A stretch of 64,000 nt of DNA from Candidatus Amesbacteria bacterium (GTDB taxonomy: Bacteria; Patescibacteriota; Microgenomatia; CAZETR01; Amesbacteraceae): assembly GCA_963736875.1 (NCBI GenBank), contig CAVTQH010000004.1, positions 88,050-152,049 of the forward strand, given 5' to 3'. Numbering within the stretch: position 1 is the stretch's first letter; the number at the start of each line of letters is the position of its first letter. A model generated the notes under the pieces. It was not told the DNA's origin. It saw only the letters and a program-made list of their open reading frames with translations, and did not search any database. This document shows, piece after piece, positions 60,311 through 64,000 of this stretch. A program made the translations under genes and the position numbers.

Positions 60311-62059
60311 ATGAATTACCAAGATTCAGAACATCTCAACCATTCCTGCTCGCATTTGCTGGCAGCTGCAGTCATTAATCTTTGGCCTCACGCGTTACCC
60401 ACCCTCGGACCGGCTATCGAAAACGGCTTTTATTACGACTTTGATTTTGGCCAAACTAAAATTTCGGAAGAGGACTTTCCCCAAATTGAATCCAAAATGC
60501 ACGAAATTTCGTCTTCCTGGAAAAAGTTTGAAAAAATTGAAATCACACCGTCAGATGCCAGGAAAAAGTTTACCAAAGATCCCTATAAATTAGAGTTGAT
60601 AGATGAAATTATTAAAAGAAAGGAATCTTTGACTTTTTACCAATCCGGTGAATTTGTTGATCTTTGCCGCGGTGGTCACGCGGATTTAACAACCCAACCT
60701 CTCAATCATTTCAAATTGCTTTCTGTTGCCGGGGCATATTGGCGTGGAAATGAAAAAAACAAAATGCTGACACGTATTTACGGCACCTGCTGGCCTACTC
60801 AAAAAGAGCTTGACGATTATTTACATCTTCTCGAAGAAGCCAAAAATCGCGACCACCGTAAACTTGGTAAAGCCCTCGATTTGTTCACCTTTTCCGATCT
60901 TATCGGTTCCGGTCTTCCTCTTTATACTCCCAAAGGAGCGCTTCTTCGCCGTCTTGTAAACCAATACGTAGAAGACGTCCAATCTAAAAATGGTTACCTG
61001 CAAGTTTGGACACCCCAAATAGCCAAGGCCGCTTTATTTAAGGTTTCCGGACATTACGACAAATACAAAGACGATATGTTCCGCGTTTTTTCCCATTACT
61101 CCGACGAGGAATTTTACTTAAAACCCATGAATTGCCCCCAGCATACCCAAATTTATGCCGGTCAACCCCGAAGTTATCGTGATCTGCCATTGCGCTATAC
61201 CGATTTTGCCATGCTTTACCGTGACGAAAAACCGGGAGAACTGAATGGTCTGGCCCGGGTCAGATCTTTCTCCCAGGATGATTGTCATATTTTCTGCCGT
61301 GAAGACCAGGTGGATGCCGAAATAGATATGGCTTTGTCCATGATCAAAGAAATTATGTCTACTTTCGGCTTTAAATACCGTTACCGTCTTTCCACCCGTG
61401 ATCCGGCTCATCCCGAGAAATATTTAGGCCATCCGGAAACCTGGGATAAAGTAGAAAAATGGGCTGTAGAGATAATGGAGCGAAATCACATTGATTACTA
61501 TCCTGCACCCGGTGAGGCAGCTTTTTATGCTCCTAAAATGGATCTTATGGCTACCGATGCTTTAGGTCGTGAATGGCAACTGTCTACAATCCAAATCGAC
61601 TACGTTATGCCGGAGCGTTTTCAGCTTGCGTTTATCGATCGTGACGGTCAAAAGAAGACTCCGATCATGATTCATCGGGCAATAATCGGTTCGCCTGAAA
61701 GATTTTTAATGGTCTTAATCGAACAATTTGCCGGTGCCTTTCCCACCTGGTTATCACCCGTTCAGGTCAAAGTATTGCCTATTACCGACAAACATTTGGA
61801 TTATGCCCGATCTATCCACCAAAAACTGCTTGAAGCCGGCATCCGATCCGAATTGGATGAGCGGAATGAACCCCTAACCGGCCGGATTCGCGATGCCCAG
61901 TTGGAAAAAGTTTCCTATATGTTGGTGGTGGGGGATAAGGAAATAGCATCTAATACTGTAACTGAGCGTGCCAGAAACGGTAAATCCGACGGACCATTTC
62001 CGATCGAAACTTTTATTTCTAAAATCAAAAAGGAAATAGACGGTAAATTAATTGTTTGA
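60311..62059 (+). CDS. thrS: Threonyl-tRNA synthetase lacking the N-terminal TGS domain
   Basis: Starts at the editing-domain block HSCSHLLAAAV. Class II motifs follow, then the anticodon-binding C-terminus. 582 aa. Confidence 0.9.
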   Translation: MNYQDSEHLNHSCSHLLAAAVINLWPHALPTLGPAIENGFYYDFDFGQTKISEEDFPQIESKMHEISSSWKKFEKIEITPSDARKKFTKDPYKLELIDEIIKRKESLTFYQSGEFVDLCRGGHADLTTQPLNHFKLLSVAGAYWRGNEKNKMLTRIYGTCWPTQKELDDYLHLLEEAKNRDHRKLGKALDLFTFSDLIGSGLPLYTPKGALLRRLVNQYVEDVQSKNGYLQVWTPQIAKAALFKVSGHYDKYKDDMFRVFSHYSDEEFYLKPMNCPQHTQIYAGQPRSYRDLPLRYTDFAMLYRDEKPGELNGLARVRSFSQDDCHIFCREDQVDAEIDMALSMIKEIMSTFGFKYRYRLSTRDPAHPEKYLGHPETWDKVEKWAVEIMERNHIDYYPAPGEAAFYAPKMDLMATDALGREWQLSTIQIDYVMPERFQLAFIDRDGQKKTPIMIHRAIIGSPERFLMVLIEQFAGAFPTWLSPVQVKVLPITDKHLDYARSIHQKLLEAGIRSELDERNEPLTGRIRDAQLEKVSYMLVVGDKEIASNTVTERARNGKSDGPFPIETFISKIKKEIDGKLIV

Positions 62060-62077
62060 TATAATTAAGCCCACTCA

Positions 62078-62596
62078 GTGAGCGTTCAACTCTACCGCAT
62101 CAATCATCAAATCAAGGCTAATGAAGTTCGCCTGCTTCGCGAAGATGGAACCCAAATCGGAATTGTCCCTCTCCAGGATGCTCTGACTCAGGCCAGCAGT
62201 CAGGGTGTTGATGCCGTCGAAATCGCTCCCCAGGCAAATCCGCCGGTGGTAAAACTTATTGATTACAAAAAGCTTTTATATCAGATTGCCAAAAAGGAAC
62301 GGAAAGAAAAAGCCGCAGCTAAAAAAGTTGATATCAAGGAAATCCGCCTGACTCCTTTTATGGCCGAGAATGATTTTCAGGTCCGTCTTAACCGGGGCCG
62401 TGAATTTTTATCGGAAGGTAATAAACTCCGGGTAACCGTCAAATTTGTCGGCCGCCAGCTTTCCCGCAAGGAATTTGGTGCCGTCATGATGGAAAAAACT
62501 ACCACTGCCCTGGCAGATTTCGGCACCATTGAGCAATCAGCCAAGTGGATCGGTCGTCAGTACACCGCAACTCTTACTCCTACCAAGAAAAAGTAA
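62078..62596 (+). CDS. infC: Translation initiation factor IF-3
   Basis: INHQIKANEVRLL...VDYGK-like N-domain and C-domain. GTG start. Confidence 0.85.
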   Translation: MSVQLYRINHQIKANEVRLLREDGTQIGIVPLQDALTQASSQGVDAVEIAPQANPPVVKLIDYKKLLYQIAKKERKEKAAAKKVDIKEIRLTPFMAENDFQVRLNRGREFLSEGNKLRVTVKFVGRQLSRKEFGAVMMEKTTTALADFGTIEQSAKWIGRQYTATLTPTKKK

Positions 62597-62617
62597 TTTC
62601 TTGTATAATTCACTTCT

Positions 62618-62815
62618 ATGGCCAAAGCCAAATCTCACAAGTCAGCTGTACGTCGTTTCAAAATCACCTCTACCGGTAAGGTAATGCGCCGGGTAGCTTT
62701 CGGCCGTCATCTCCGCCGGAAAAAATCCGCATCACAATTACGCCGCTACAGAAAAAATGTTCTGGTCACCGGCAAAATTGCCCGCCGGATTAAGCGTCGT
62801 ACCGCATTATCCTAA
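62618..62815 (+). CDS. rpmI: 50S ribosomal protein L35
   Basis: MAKAKSHKSAVRRFKITSTGKVMRR... bL35 signature in the infC-rpmI-rplT arrangement. Confidence 0.85.
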   Translation: MAKAKSHKSAVRRFKITSTGKVMRRVAFGRHLRRKKSASQLRRYRKNVLVTGKIARRIKRRTALS

Positions 62816-62816
62816 T

Positions 62817-63167
62817 ATGCACGTCAAATCCCCCCGCCGTCAGAGGCACAACAAAATTCTCAGGCTCGCCCGTGGCTATCGTATGACCAAGCACCGGTTG
62901 TATAAAGTCGCCCATGAAGCCGTAGTTCATGCCGGCCAGTATGCCTTTGCCGGTCGCCGGCTTCGCCGTCGGGATTTCAGGGCTTTATGGATTGTCCGCA
63001 TCAACGCCGCTCTGGATTCATTCGACATTAGTTATTCGCTATTTATCTCAGCTCTCAAAAAAACCAAAATCCAACTCGACCGGAAAATTCTTTCCGAATT
63101 AGCCACTAACCAGCCTGAAGTTTTCAAAACTATTGTCAAAACCGCAGGCTTTAAACTCCCGAAGTAA
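62817..63167 (+). CDS. rplT: 50S ribosomal protein L20
   Basis: MHVKSPRRQRHNKILRLARGY...RDFRALWIVRINAA. The ORF-table start at 62757 is 5' extended; the ATG at 62817 gives a 116-aa bL20. Confidence 0.9.
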   Translation: MHVKSPRRQRHNKILRLARGYRMTKHRLYKVAHEAVVHAGQYAFAGRRLRRRDFRALWIVRINAALDSFDISYSLFISALKKTKIQLDRKILSELATNQPEVFKTIVKTAGFKLPK

Positions 63168-63235
63168 GCCTGCCCGCCGGCAGGCGGGGGAGTAATCCAG
63201 TATTTACCGGCTCCCCGAAAAGGGAGCTTTTTTCA
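63168..63235 (+). terminator. Tandem hairpins after rplT: GC-rich element (inverse copy of 45392..45409), then a rho-independent terminator GGCTCCC-CGAAAA-GGGAGC-T6
   Basis: GCCTGCCCGCCGGCAGGC at 63168..63185, then GGCTCCCCGAAAAGGGAGCTTTTTT at 63209..63235. Confidence 0.6.
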
Positions 63236-63253
63236 TATATAATCGATTAAAAT

Positions 63254-64000
63254 ATGCGCGACAAACTTCAATATCTCAAAAATGAAGCATTGGCTCAGAT
63301 TATTGGCTGTTCAAGCGCCGAAGATCTGGAAAGAATCCGGATCCAGTATTTGGGTAAAAGCGGCCAATTAAATGAAATCGCCAAATCCTTCAAAGATCTT
63401 AAACCTGAAGAAAAAACCGAAATCGGAGTTCTTTTTAATGATGTCAAATCCTCCATATCCAACGCCATATCCTCCTCCAAGCTTATAACTTATAACTCAT
63501 CAAAAATAATCGATTTCGATCCTACCTTCCCCGGCAAAAAACCTGTTATCGGCCATCTTCACCCGGTAACCCGGGCCATTTCGGAAATCAGTGATATTTT
63601 TTCCCGGATCGGTTTTACTCGTGTCCGTTATCCGGAAGTTGAATGGGACTGGTACACTTTCGGAGTATTAAATTTTCCCGAAAATCATCCGGCCCGCGAC
63701 GAATGGGAAACTTTTTGGATTGATACCAAAGAGGACAAAAAATTCGGCCGGATGCTTTTAACCCCGCATACCAGCAGCGGTCAGGTCAGAGAAATGGAAA
63801 GAGTGGGAAAACCGCCTGTCAGGATGATAAACATCGCCAAATGTTACCGCCGCCAATCCGATATTTCACATACCGTAATGTTTCACCAGTTTGAGGGTCT
63901 GGTCATCGACAAAGGCATCAGTATTGTCCATCTGCGGGGAACCATCGAGTATTTCGTAAAAAGTTTTTTTGGTCCGAAGCGCACTTCCCGACTCCGCCCG
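63254..64000 (+). CDS. pheS: Phenylalanyl-tRNA synthetase alpha subunit; 3' end outside the window
   Basis: N-terminal helical arm and class II motif region (FPENHPARDEWETFWI, TPHTSSGQVR). Open to the window edge. Confidence 0.9.
   Translation, partial: MRDKLQYLKNEALAQIIGCSSAEDLERIRIQYLGKSGQLNEIAKSFKDLKPEEKTEIGVLFNDVKSSISNAISSSKLITYNSSKIIDFDPTFPGKKPVIGHLHPVTRAISEISDIFSRIGFTRVRYPEVEWDWYTFGVLNFPENHPARDEWETFWIDTKEDKKFGRMLLTPHTSSGQVREMERVGKPPVRMINIAKCYRRQSDISHTVMFHQFEGLVIDKGISIVHLRGTIEYFVKSFFGPKRTSRLRP

Noticed and set aside
63295-63480. Minus-strand 61-aa ORF inside pheS
   Set aside because: Antisense to a strongly conserved aminoacyl-tRNA synthetase gene.
1-64000. Alternative genetic code (TGA as Gly/Trp, code 25/4) as the explanation for the in-frame TGAs
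   Set aside because: TGA clearly terminates many well-conserved genes here (uvrB, uvrC, secG, SBP, Trx-like) with downstream sequence in non-coding or new-gene context. A global reassignment is therefore not supported, and only local readthrough or mutation remains possible.
1-64000. CRISPR arrays, rRNA genes, tmRNA/RNase P/SRP RNA
   Set aside because: No regularly spaced direct repeats with unique spacers and no recognisable rRNA or housekeeping ncRNA sequence blocks were found on either strand. The only repeats are tRNA-related fragments and short hairpins.

Overview
This 64-kb window looks like a reduced-genome bacterium of roughly 40-45% GC, probably a CPR/Patescibacteria-like lineage (inference from truncated UvrC, ThrRS and trigger factor, partial glycolysis, many small hypotheticals and sortase-type surface proteins). 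Gene density is high and there are no rRNA genes or CRISPR arrays.

The first ~22 kb holds intact housekeeping genes. These are a lower-glycolysis operon (pgi/pmi, ppsA, eno, gpmI), rsmI and dedA. They also include an SOS locus, with lexA divergent from uvrB-uvrA-(hypothetical)-short uvrC, then secG, a family-5 solute-binding protein, and a CcdA / thioredoxin-like / M23-peptidase envelope cluster.

The middle and 3' two-thirds are tRNA-rich, with 16 tRNA genes called by hand (all coordinates +/- a few nt), and read as accessory DNA. It contains a GC-richer segment after tRNA-Lys/tRNA-Arg encoding a VanW-like protein, a Pro/Thr-rich repeat surface protein with a sortase-like APNTG signal, and a VirD4/TraG-like ATPase. 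It also contains a ~5-kb alpha-2-macroglobulin (thioester, GCIEQ) gene carrying a 129-aa Hint/intein-like domain exactly at the bait-region position, two convergent GT39/PMT-like glycosyltransferases next to a Wzy-like membrane protein, and a Y-family polymerase + SRAP (YedK-like) cassette that abuts and reads antisense through a tRNA-Leu. The 3' end has an M20 peptidase, an NAD-epimerase, nfo, and the thrS-infC-rpmI-rplT-pheS block.

Other features are partial tRNA duplications (tRNA-Phe 3' end, tRNA-Gly 5' end, a tRNA-Lys-like fragment) and a TTGACA/TTCGG motif shared by the lexA/uvrB and polymerase-cassette promoters.

More than ten genes appear frame-disrupted, several at homopolymer runs, so indel sequencing errors and real pseudogenes cannot be distinguished here.
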